A DNA stretch of 64,000 bases from Longimicrobiales bacterium. GTDB lineage: Bacteria > Gemmatimonadota > Gemmatimonadetes > Longimicrobiales > Gaopeijiaceae. The stretch is from NCBI GenBank assembly GCA_965238005.1, contig OZ250165.1, positions 3,584,001-3,648,000 of the forward strand. Direction: 5' to 3'. The notes under the pieces are model-generated. The model was not told the DNA's origin. It made no database searches and was given only the letters and a program-made list of their open reading frames with translations. How positions within the stretch are numbered: position 1 is the stretch's first letter; each line of letters begins with the position of its first letter. The position numbers and the translations under genes are program-made. Of the stretch, positions 9,797-18,862 are shown in pieces.

Positions 9797-11190
9797 CAGA
9801 CCGTCAGCGAGAAGTCGCCCGTGCTGTCCCCGAAGCTCTCGATGTCGTCGAGGCCCAGCCTGTGCATCAGCGTAAGCATCACGTTCGCCATGGGCGTCCC
9901 CGGAGCGGCTCTCAGATGCATCTTGCCCTCGAGCCGGCCGTTGGCTCCACCCACCACGAAGAGCGGACAGCGCTTGTGGTTGTGGACGTTGGGGTCGCCC
10001 ATGGGGGACCCGTAGATGACCATGGTCTTGTCGAGCAGAGACTGGTCGCCCTCCATGGTGCTCTGCAGCTTCTCGAGGAAGTACGGGATCAAGCTGACGT
10101 GGTACCGGTTGATGACGGCGAACTCCTCGATGGCGCTCTCGTTCCCGCCGTGGTGGGACGCAGGATGGAAGGGCTTGTCCGTACCGCTCTCCGGGTAGAC
10201 CCGGCTCGAGGCGTCCCGCCCCATCTTGAATGAGAAGACCCGTGTCATGTCCGACTGGAAGGCCAGCACCTGAAGGTCGAACATGAGCTTCACGTGCTCA
10301 TCGAAGGCATCGGGCACGCCGGCCGGCGCCTCAGGCAGCTCGCGGAGCTCACCGCTCAGGTTGTACACTTCGACCCGCTGGATCCGGCGCTCGATCTCGC
10401 GGATGTCCTCCAGGTAACGGTCCATCCGGACACGGTCACCGGCGCTGAGCTCTCTCTTGAGATCCGCCACCTCGTCGGTGATCCAGTCGAGGATGCTCCG
10501 GCTCGTGCGCCTCCGGGCCGCCCGCTCCTCGGCGCTCCCACCGGCCCCGAAGAGCTGGTCGAACGCGACCCGGGGATCCCGGATCATGGGAAGCGGCTCC
10601 GTGGGAGCGGCCCAGCTGATGGTGTCCGTGTAGACGCAGGCGTAGCCGTAGGCGCATCCCCCTGCCTGGTCCACGTTCTCGATGCAGAGCTGCATGGACG
10701 GGATGGGCGTGTCCTGGCCGAACCTCCGGGCGTAGAACTGGTCCAGAGACATGCCCACGGCGACGTCGGAGCTCTCGGTCTGCTTCGGATGGGCCTGGGT
10801 GAGGAAGGTCGCGCTGGAGCGGAAGTGGTCGCCCCCGATCTCCTTCGCCTGAAACGCCTCGGCGTTCCTGACGTCGGTGTCGCTGACGATGGTCAGGTAG
10901 TCGCGGAAGGGCTCCATGGAGCTCAGGCTCGTGGGGCTCAGGTCGAAGTCCCGACCCACCGCCGCCGGCGACCACAGGTTCTTGGAGGCGCCGTACTCAC
11001 TCGCACCCGCCGCACCATGCACCATTTCGATGGCCACCAAACGTGTGGCGTCGGTCACTGCGGATCCGCCCGCCTGGGCCCAGAGCCTCCCGGCCGGGAC
11101 CATGGCATCGAGGAAGGGCAACGCCACCGTCGCGCCCAAGCCCCTCAGGACCTCGCGCCGCGATATGTGCTTGCCTGTGATGAACTCCAT
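9796..11190 (-). CDS. DUF1552-family protein (triad copy 2)
   Basis: 464-aa paralogue of 3897..5291 with the same motifs. Confidence 0.88.
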   Translation of the reverse strand: MEFITGKHISRREVLRGLGATVALPFLDAMVPAGRLWAQAGGSAVTDATRLVAIEMVHGAAGASEYGASKNLWSPAAVGRDFDLSPTSLSSMEPFRDYLTIVSDTDVRNAEAFQAKEIGGDHFRSSATFLTQAHPKQTESSDVAVGMSLDQFYARRFGQDTPIPSMQLCIENVDQAGGCAYGYACVYTDTISWAAPTEPLPMIRDPRVAFDQLFGAGGSAEERAARRRTSRSILDWITDEVADLKRELSAGDRVRMDRYLEDIREIERRIQRVEVYNLSGELRELPEAPAGVPDAFDEHVKLMFDLQVLAFQSDMTRVFSFKMGRDASSRVYPESGTDKPFHPASHHGGNESAIEEFAVINRYHVSLIPYFLEKLQSTMEGDQSLLDKTMVIYGSPMGDPNVHNHKRCPLFVVGGANGRLEGKMHLRAAPGTPMANVMLTLMHRLGLDDIESFGDSTGDFSLTV

Positions 11191-13783
11191 CTACTGCCTC
11201 CTCGATGCGATGTATTGCGACTCTACGCTCCGCCGGCCTCTCCGCCCGGCTCATCCGGAACGCCGGGCTCTTCACGATTCCCAGAATGAACGACGACATG
11301 CGGTAGTCGTTCTCCTCGGCGTCCCTGACGATGGCCCGGACGGTCGGCTTGTCGTAGTACTCGATCCGACGGCCGAGGGCATAGGCCATGAGGTTCTCCG
11401 TGAACGTCCTGACCAGCGGGATGGGACGCCGAAGCAGGGCCTGCCGCAGGTCCCTGGGACTCGTCACGGGGGTGCCGTCGTACAGCTCACCTCGTGTGTC
11501 CAGCGGCATCCCGTTTTCTCTGATGCGCCACTTGCCGGTCACGTCGAAGTTGTCCAGGGCCAGACCGATGGGGTCCATGAACTTGTGGCAGGAGCTGCAC
11601 ACCGGATTCGAGCGGTGCATCTCCATCCGCTCCCTCGTGGTGAGCATCCGGCCGCCCTCGGACCCCTTGGTCTGCTCCAGATCGGGCACGCCGGGCGGGG
11701 GCGGGGGGGGCGGGGTGCCCAGGAGGACCTCCATGACCCATTTCCCCCTCAGCACCGGTGAAGTCCGGCCGGCGTGGGAGGTGAGAGTGAGAACGCTCCC
11801 GTGACCCAGCAAGCCCCTCCGCCGATCGTCGGCCAGCTCGACCCTGCGGAAGTGGGTCCCGGTGATGCCGGGAATGCCGTAGTGCCTGGCCAGGCGCTCG
11901 TTCACGTAGGTGTAGTCGGCGCTGAAGAGGTCGAAGATGCTCCGATCTTCTCGGACGAGGCTGTAGAAGAAGAGCTCCGTTTCCCGGCGCATGGCCTCTT
12001 TGAGCTGCTGGTCGAAGCCGGGATACAGCCGGACGTCGGGGTGGATCTTCTCGAGGTCCTGGAGGCGGAGCCACTGGCCGGCGAACCGCGTGCCCAACGC
12101 CTCGGAGCGCGGATCGGCGAGCATGCGGCGGACCTGCTCTTCGAGACGTGCGGGATCCGAGAGATCACCCCGAGACGCCACGGCCATGAGCTCCTCGTCG
12201 GGCGGCGTGCCCCAGAGGAAAAACGACACACGTGAGGCGAGATCCTGGTCGTTGATCCAGTAGTCTTCGCCCGGCGCGACCCCAGGTGTGGGCTCCTCGA
12301 AGCGGAAGACGAAGTGGGGGCTGGCGAGGATCGCCTCCAGGCCCGTACGGATTCCGACCTCGAAGCCGCCCGCCGTCGCTCCCATCTCGTAGAACGACAT
12401 CAGGTCGCCCAGATTGTCCGCAGTGAGTGCCCTGCGGTACGCCTGGGTGCCGAGTCTGGTGACGATCTCTTCGGCGCAGCTCTTCTCTTCTCCCGGCGAC
12501 GTCGGACGGCACGTGAAGATCTTCCGCCGGCTCGGCGTCTCCGAGACACCCGTGGGGTTGTGCGGCCCGTTGATGGCCAGATCCCTCAGGTGCGGCAGAC
12601 TCGTGAATCCGTAGGCGTCGGCGATGCTGGTACTCGCCAGTGACCATTCGTGAGGAGAGACCAGGTCCTGGAGCGGCCCCTCCAAGCGTCTGATGAATGC
12701 CGCGGAGACCCTGTGGGGGCCCGCACGCACCGGAATGGGGCCCGTCCGCATGTTTACGCCGTCGGGGTCCGAACGGTGCATCCACCGGTCGATCTCCAGG
12801 AGCGCCACGCGCTCCCCGTCGATGGAGATCTCGAGCTGCTCCGGCACCTCGGCGGTGTGCAGCGCCGCTCTGCCGCTGCCATAGAGAGCGCCGGTGGTCT
12901 CATGGTGGAAGGAGACCCGGAACAGGTACTCGCCGTCCGCCGGGAAGTTGTGCACCACCGAGATTCCGCCGCGGGTCCCATGGGGGGCACTCTCCGCCCG
13001 CTCCGTCTGGGAGTTCCAGCGTGAGACCTTGAAGGTGGCCTCGCTGGCCGACGCGTCCGGATTGCCCACCGCCAGGCGGCTGATCTCGCTGGCCGCGGCC
13101 AGGTAGGCGTTCATGAGAGTGGGAGAGAGCAGCTGCACATCGGCGATGTTGTCGAAGTTCGCGCTCTTCGTGTCCAGCGGCAGGTAGGCTCCCGCCTCCA
13201 CGTCCAGCGTCAGCAGATCCCGGATCGACGCCGAGTACTCCGCACGGTTGAGCCGCTGGAACGTACGGTGGCCCGGATTCGGGGCTTCGGCAGCCGCCTC
13301 GTCGATGAGCGTCTCGAGGGTTTCGACCAGGGCGAGAAGGGTGTCGGGACTCGGACGGGGGGCGCCCGGAATGGGCATCATGCCCGCCCGGAGCTTCACG
13401 ATCATCTTCTCCGCCGTCTCGGCCATCTCGGGGGCCCGCGCCACATCGAATTCCGACAGCGTGAGGTTTCCCGTGAGCATCACGTCGTTGTGGCAAACGA
13501 CGCAGTACTGCTTGACGACGGCGGTGAGCGAGTCGGCGGGAATCGTGGGGGCTGAGCTGGCCGTCAGGACGGGTAGAGGGCCAGGGGCGGGGCCTCGCAA
13601 CGACGGACTCGCATAGGCCGCCAGGTACCCTTGGAGCGCCGCGTCGAGAGCGCCGTCCGAGGAGGAGCCGCCCGGCACGCCCTGCGACCACGCCGCGCAG
13701 GGGTGGGCTAGACCCACCAGCGCGATCAGGATCGGAAATGGCGGCGCTCGGAGTCTCCTCATTCTCGGCCTCTCGAAAGGCAC
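10997..13783 (-). CDS. DUF1592-type di-heme PSD protein (triad copy 2); start may be ATG at 13762
   Basis: Paralogue of 5098..7911 with CVVCH, CSSCH and the same domain motifs. Confidence 0.88.
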   Translation of the reverse strand: MPFERPRMRRLRAPPFPILIALVGLAHPCAAWSQGVPGGSSSDGALDAALQGYLAAYASPSLRGPAPGPLPVLTASSAPTIPADSLTAVVKQYCVVCHNDVMLTGNLTLSEFDVARAPEMAETAEKMIVKLRAGMMPIPGAPRPSPDTLLALVETLETLIDEAAAEAPNPGHRTFQRLNRAEYSASIRDLLTLDVEAGAYLPLDTKSANFDNIADVQLLSPTLMNAYLAAASEISRLAVGNPDASASEATFKVSRWNSQTERAESAPHGTRGGISVVHNFPADGEYLFRVSFHHETTGALYGSGRAALHTAEVPEQLEISIDGERVALLEIDRWMHRSDPDGVNMRTGPIPVRAGPHRVSAAFIRRLEGPLQDLVSPHEWSLASTSIADAYGFTSLPHLRDLAINGPHNPTGVSETPSRRKIFTCRPTSPGEEKSCAEEIVTRLGTQAYRRALTADNLGDLMSFYEMGATAGGFEVGIRTGLEAILASPHFVFRFEEPTPGVAPGEDYWINDQDLASRVSFFLWGTPPDEELMAVASRGDLSDPARLEEQVRRMLADPRSEALGTRFAGQWLRLQDLEKIHPDVRLYPGFDQQLKEAMRRETELFFYSLVREDRSIFDLFSADYTYVNERLARHYGIPGITGTHFRRVELADDRRRGLLGHGSVLTLTSHAGRTSPVLRGKWVMEVLLGTPPPPPPPGVPDLEQTKGSEGGRMLTTRERMEMHRSNPVCSSCHKFMDPIGLALDNFDVTGKWRIRENGMPLDTRGELYDGTPVTSPRDLRQALLRRPIPLVRTFTENLMAYALGRRIEYYDKPTVRAIVRDAEENDYRMSSFILGIVKSPAFRMSRAERPAERRVAIHRIEEAVDGVHHRQAHIAARGPEGLGRDGGVALPRCHGPGREALGPGGRIRSDRRHTFGGHRNGAWCGGCE

Positions 13784-13842
13784 GGGAGTGTCCCGGTGTC
13801 CCCCGGGCCTTTAGGGCTGTTGTGACTACGCCTACGCGGGCT

Positions 13843-14754
13843 CTATGGCTTCTCGGACTTCGATCCGGACATGGCCACGTGGATGGCCTTCACCGTGGCG
13901 TCCACGCGGAACTGCATCAGCCTGTGGCCTACTTCCAGCGCCTGGTTTATCGGGGCGATGCTCAGGCCGTTTATGGTGGCCTCGCCCGCTTCGACACGCT
14001 GGTGGTACCGGACCGCCTCGGGATCCGTCACCATCATCAGGGACGTAATGAAGAAGTCGTCGTGGTGCCCGTCGTTGACGGTCTGCACGTAACCCAGTTC
14101 GTCCTCCATGTATCTCTCGACGTCGCCGTAGTTGTAGTACTCGGGAATGTAGTAGGCCGTTGCACCGCTTCCGGCCCAGCGCTCGTTCAGCGCGGCGGCG
14201 GCGGCCTCCAACCCACGCTGATTCCCTCCGCTGTCCCCGATGAGGATGACGTCGGTGAAGCCCTGGCTCTTCAGGCTGTTGCCGACGTCCTCGAGAACCA
14301 TCCGGAAGGTCTCCTCCCGCAGGCTCAGGGTTCCCGGATATCGAATGTTCTCCGGGTCGCCTTCGGGGACGAGCTTGAGGACCGGCGTGCAGAGCGCGTT
14401 CCCCAGCTTTCTGGCGATAGCGTTGCACGCACCCTCGAGCACGTAGTTGTGCTTGCCGGTGGCGAGGTAGGGACCGTTCTGCTCGACGCCTCCCGTGGGG
14501 ATGATGGCCGCGGTCTTCCCGCCCGCGATCTCGTCACGGACCTCCAGCCACGTGAGCTCGTCAATCCACACCGAGTTCAGGGCCTCGATGGGGCGAGGCA
14601 TCTGCATCATCTCCTGGGCTTCTCGCTCACGCTCCGCCTGGCGGCGAGCCTGCTCCACGGGACTCATGTTGCTCCGGTTCTGAAGCGCTGCCGAGGGAGC
14701 CGCGAATCCCGTGATCAACGCCATCGTCACAACAGCAATACTTGCTCTGCTCAT
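13843..14754 (-). CDS. Creatininase-family protein with signal peptide
   Basis: ELTWLEV..AIIPTGGVEQNG, PGTLSL and GDSGGNQ motifs; ATG at 14754 follows a GGAGG RBS; hydrophobic N-terminus ending in A-x-A. Confidence 0.8.
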   Translation of the reverse strand: MSRASIAVVTMALITGFAAPSAALQNRSNMSPVEQARRQAEREREAQEMMQMPRPIEALNSVWIDELTWLEVRDEIAGGKTAAIIPTGGVEQNGPYLATGKHNYVLEGACNAIARKLGNALCTPVLKLVPEGDPENIRYPGTLSLREETFRMVLEDVGNSLKSQGFTDVILIGDSGGNQRGLEAAAAALNERWAGSGATAYYIPEYYNYGDVERYMEDELGYVQTVNDGHHDDFFITSLMMVTDPEAVRYHQRVEAGEATINGLSIAPINQALEVGHRLMQFRVDATVKAIHVAMSGSKSEKP

Positions 14755-15234
14755 GGTGCCCCCTCCTGGCCTAAAGAACGATCGACAGCACGACACGCCG
14801 AGATTGAGGCCCCTACCCGGGCGAGGCCCTGGAGCGACCCGACGTTCACCGTGAAATTAGCAAACAGACCGCGCTACCGCTAACAGTTTTTGTTCTTTGG
14901 GAGCGGGCGGGTGTGGATCTCGCTGGAGGAAGCAGTTGGCCACACGCCCATTCGATCCGGGCGTCGCGAACCGAAGCGACCGTCGACGACACGCGCTGGC
15001 GCACCAGGGATGGGGCGACCATTATCGGGGGGTGCCGCGAGATCGCCTCTTGATCACAAGGCATTCGCAGCCACATCGAGGACAAGCAGCGGTGGAGGAA
15101 GCAATGAGCTCGCTCGGCAGATTACCCGGATGGATCCTTGCCACCGGCTCCTTGGCCCTCGTGTGGGGGGCAGGGGGCGGATGTGTCGGGGTCGACGCTA
15201 GGGGGCTTCCGAACCCAAGAGAAAGTAGCGAGAG

Positions 15235-16872
15235 ATGAAGCACCTTCTTCTTGGCCTGGCCCTCCTGACGGGTGCGGAAGCCGGGGTCGAATCGACGGAT
15301 ACCTATCCCAAGAATCCCAACATCGACGCCCTCAACTACGCCTTCCGGCTCACCCTGAGTGACTCCACCGACGAGATCGTGGGGGAGGCCACCGTCGACA
15401 TCCGATTCCTGGCGGATGGGATCACCCGGGTGCGCCTGGACCTGATCAATCAGGGAAGCGACGGTCGGGGGATGACCGTGAGCGAGGTCACGTCCGGCGA
15501 CGGTCCGGTGACGTTTACTCACCAGAACGACGAACTGTTCATCACGCTACCTGCGCCCACTCGAGCGAACCAACGAAGCCAGTACACGGTCCGCTACCGG
15601 GGCATCCCGGCCACGGGGTTGATCATCGGGGCCAACAAGCACGGGGACCGGACATTCTTCAGCGACAACTGGCCTAACAAGGCCCGGAACTGGCTGCCGA
15701 CTATCGATCATCCCTACGACAAGGCCACCAGCGAACTCATCGTCACGGCCCCCAACCACTACCAGGTGGTCTCCAACGGGCTCATGATCGAGGAGACCGA
15801 CCTGCCTGGCGACACGCGCCTCACCCACTGGAAGCAGTCGGTGCCCATCGCCACCTGGCTCTACAACCTCGGAGTGGCCCGCTTCGCGGTTGAGCACGTG
15901 GGAGACCACAAGGGGAAGGCCATCCAGACGTGGGTCTACTACCAGGACCGGGATGCTGGCTTCTACGACTTCGCCGTGCCGACCAAGCAGGTCCTCGAGT
16001 TCTACGGCGACTGGGTGGGGCCGTACTCCTACGAGAAGCTTGCCAATATCCAGTCCAACAGCGTGGGTGGGGGCATGGAGGCGGCTTCCTCGATCTTCTA
16101 CGGCGACAACTCCGTCACGGGAGAGCGCACCACCCGCTGGCGCAACGTCATCATCCACGAGATAGCCCACCAGTGGTTCGGCAACGCCGTCACGGAGAAC
16201 GACTGGGACCACGTCTGGCTCAGCGAGGGCTTCGCCACTTACTTCACGCTCCTCTTCCGAGAGCATCAGTACGGCCGTGACGACTTCGTGGAGGGGCTGA
16301 AACAGAGCCGGGACCAAGTGCGGTCCTTTTACGAGGAGAACCCCCACCACAGAATCGTCCACGATAACCTGGACGACATGAGCCGGGTCACCAGCTCCCA
16401 GACGTACCAAAAGGGCGGCTGGACGCTACACATGCTGCGCGGGATCATCGGCGACGATGCCTTCTGGATGGGCATCCAGGACTACTACCGCCGGTACCGG
16501 GACAGGAACGCCTCCACCGACGACTTCCGCCGGGCCATGGAGGAGGCCTCGGGAAGGGACCTCTCGGAGTTCTTCCAACAGTGGCTCTACCAGGGAGGCG
16601 CCCTCGAGTACGAGGGGGGTTGGAGATACGACTCCGGGTCCGGGACCGTCGAGGTGGACCTGATTCAGGTCCAGGACGACGGCTACTCCTTCGAGATGCC
16701 GGTCCAGCTGGGGATCTACTTCGCGGGTGAGACCGAGCCCCACATCGAGGTGCTACAGGTGAGTGACATGACCAACCGGTTCACGATCTCCGTGGACCGG
16801 GAGCCCGAGGCGGTTGTCCTCGACCCGGACACCTGGGTGCTGATGGACGCCGACTTCGCGCGGAGGAACTGA
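15235..16872 (+). CDS. Secreted M1-family zinc aminopeptidase
   Basis: GGMEA exopeptidase motif, HEIAHQWFG-x-WLSEGFATY (HEXXH..E), YQKGG, signal peptide. Confidence 0.92.
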   Translation: MKHLLLGLALLTGAEAGVESTDTYPKNPNIDALNYAFRLTLSDSTDEIVGEATVDIRFLADGITRVRLDLINQGSDGRGMTVSEVTSGDGPVTFTHQNDELFITLPAPTRANQRSQYTVRYRGIPATGLIIGANKHGDRTFFSDNWPNKARNWLPTIDHPYDKATSELIVTAPNHYQVVSNGLMIEETDLPGDTRLTHWKQSVPIATWLYNLGVARFAVEHVGDHKGKAIQTWVYYQDRDAGFYDFAVPTKQVLEFYGDWVGPYSYEKLANIQSNSVGGGMEAASSIFYGDNSVTGERTTRWRNVIIHEIAHQWFGNAVTENDWDHVWLSEGFATYFTLLFREHQYGRDDFVEGLKQSRDQVRSFYEENPHHRIVHDNLDDMSRVTSSQTYQKGGWTLHMLRGIIGDDAFWMGIQDYYRRYRDRNASTDDFRRAMEEASGRDLSEFFQQWLYQGGALEYEGGWRYDSGSGTVEVDLIQVQDDGYSFEMPVQLGIYFAGETEPHIEVLQVSDMTNRFTISVDREPEAVVLDPDTWVLMDADFARRN

Positions 16873-16874
16873 CC

Positions 16875-17894
16875 ATGAGGGCAACGTTCTTGTGTTGGCT
16901 CTGGCCGTAGCGGCGGCTTCCCCTCTCCCGGCTCAGCGCGCCTACGAGCCCCCGAACAAGGAGGCCCAGCGCCAGCGTCGGGCGAAGTTCCTGGAGGCCA
17001 TGGACGGCGGGATCGCCATTGTCGTGGCCGCCGAGAAGGACCAGGACTTCATCTACGAGTTCTTCGTGGACCACTCGGACCTCCACGACTTCATCTACCT
17101 GACGAGGCTGGAGGGGATCGACGCCTCGGAGTCGGTCCTGGTACTGGCCCCCGGCGCCGAGACGTACGCCGAGGTCCTCTACACCTCCCGGGAACCCGAG
17201 GAGATTCAGGAGAAGACGGGCATCGAGCACGTCTATCCCTACGAGCTCTTCATGGAGCACCTGTCCGACGCGATTACCGACTACTCCCTCCTCCGGACCC
17301 ACCAGCGGGGGGCAAGGGGCTCGCGACAGATCTGTCACGGTCCCTCGGCGAGGAGAAGAAGGTCCACTTCAATTACCAGCGTTTCCTGAAGCTGGCGGAG
17401 ACCCCCCGGAGCGCCTCGATATCACCAACCGGCTACATCGGGGCCGAGTACGCGCACTACACGGCGGACTTCGGGCGCTCCGTACCGGTGAGGGGCAAGT
17501 ACACTCCCGAGTAGCGGCGCATCGCCGAGATCCCCGCGTCCAGAAGCAGGTCATCGCCGCGGTGAAGCCCGGGAGGACGTTCGGCGAGAGCCAGGCACTC
17601 AAGGGCAGGCTCATGACGGAGGCTGGGCTGGGAGGCGTGACCGGGACATACGGCATCAGCCACTTCGTCGGGATGGAGATCCACGACGTGGGCTTCTACG
17701 ACATCCCCTGGGAGCCGGGCATGTGCTTCGTTATCGAGTGGCGGGTGAGCCAGGACGACTTCTCCATCCGCTTCCAGGACGTGATCCTCGTGACCGAGGA
17801 CGGCCACGAGTGGCTCACCAGGCACTCCCCCATCGAGCCCGACGAGATCGAGGCCCTCATGGCCAAGCGGGGGATCTGGGAGGGGGGGCGCTAG
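16875..17894 (+). pseudogene. Xaa-Pro aminopeptidase (M24) pseudogene
   Basis: Fragments in several frames: aminopeptidase-P N-domain (DFIYLT), IGAEY..YTADFGRSVPVRGKYTPE followed by in-frame TAG at 17512, then SHFVGMEIHDVG..IRFQDVILVT. Frameshift in the signal peptide and an internal deletion. Confidence 0.82.
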
Positions 17895-18393
17895 CAAAGA
17901 ACGCGGGCGAAGCCGTTGCCACGCCCGGCCTTGCCATACGTTCGCCTACGGCGGGTACGAGGCGTACGACTGCGCCATGTTCGCGACCAGGAGCGCCACG
18001 GAGGCAAGGACGCCGACCGCCCAGAGCGAGAACCGGCCGAAGCGAGTCAGCCGCCCCCGACGCAACAACTCGAGCTGCTCGGAATGGGCCTTGCCAGACT
18101 GTCCAAGTTCCAGGGCGACTCGGCCGCGCGGACCGCATCGCCGTAGACGGTCCAGGAAGCGAATCTAGATCCGACCAGGGGTTGGCGCCGAGAGGCGTCC
18201 GGCCCCTCGTCGGTGGTGGGGGACCGTGCCGATTTGATGATGGTCCGATGATACGCGCCGATTACCCTCGGGAGCCCTGGAAGAGTTCCGTCGCTCACGC
18301 CCCGACCGAGGTCCGCACCGATCTCACGCGATCGCGAGACGTCAGGCGAGCTCAGGAGCGCTTCCACTCGACTACCAGTCACCAGGAGGTTCT

Positions 18394-18576
18394 ATGCAGA
18401 CCCTATCACGGGGCCGGATGCAGGAGCTGTGCGGCGCCAAGATCCCAGAGGGGAGCGCCTGCGGGTTCATGGTCGGATCCCTCGGAGGCGCCATCATGCT
18501 GGGGTGGGTCGTCCCTGCGGCGTTCATCTTCATGTTCACGCCGCTGGTATGCGTCCTGGATTACGGATGGCGCTGA
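18394..18576 (+). CDS. Double-glycine-type leader precursor peptide 1 (bacteriocin-like, 60 aa)
   Basis: AGGAGG RBS; leader MQTLSRGRMQELCGA fits L(-12) M(-7) L(-4) G(-2) A(-1); hydrophobic Gly-rich core with two Cys; upstream of a C39-peptidase exporter. Confidence 0.8.
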   Translation: MQTLSRGRMQELCGAKIPEGSACGFMVGSLGGAIMLGWVVPAAFIFMFTPLVCVLDYGWR

Positions 18577-18623
18577 TCGCCCGTCGCCATTCGACCCACT
18601 CTTCCCCCAAGCAGGAGATCATC

Positions 18624-18800
18624 ATGACAGAGCTCGCGAGCCACCGGATGGCTGACATGAACGGTATGAGCTTCTGGCACGGCTTCCTTTGCGGCGCCGG
18701 CATCATCTCCTCGATCGCCATATCGGCTACCCCGGACCCCATTGTGAGGTGGAGCATCTACAGCGGCACGGTCGGTGCTTGCGGGCTGGCGTTCTTTTGA
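18624..18800 (+). CDS. Double-glycine-type leader precursor peptide 2 (bacteriocin-like, 58 aa)
   Basis: CAGGAG RBS; MTELASHRMADMNG-MSFWHGFLCGAG..GACGLAFF aligns without gaps to peptide 1. It is hidden inside track ORF 18429..18800. Confidence 0.8.
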   Translation: MTELASHRMADMNGMSFWHGFLCGAGIISSIAISATPDPIVRWSIYSGTVGACGLAFF

Positions 18801-18807
18801 GTTGGTG

Positions 18808-18836
18808 GGGCTGGGCGTGACCGGGGCGCCCAGCCC
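18808..18836 (+). terminator. GC-rich hairpin after the precursor genes (terminator or mRNA-stabilising stem)
   Basis: Perfect 10-bp stem GGGCTGGGCG / CGCCCAGCCC with a 9-nt loop; no strong U tract. Confidence 0.5.
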
Positions 18837-18862
18837 GTCGCTTCACTACATCGGTCGTTTCG

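Noticed and set aside
2047..13783. Whole triad duplication as an assembly artefact
   Set aside because: Most of the two copies differ at protein and synonymous level; only two tracts are near-identical.
14890..15238. Short ORF MSSLGRLPGW.. with RBS upstream of the M1 peptidase
   Set aside because: It may be an orphan signal-peptide remnant, but there is too little sequence to assign.
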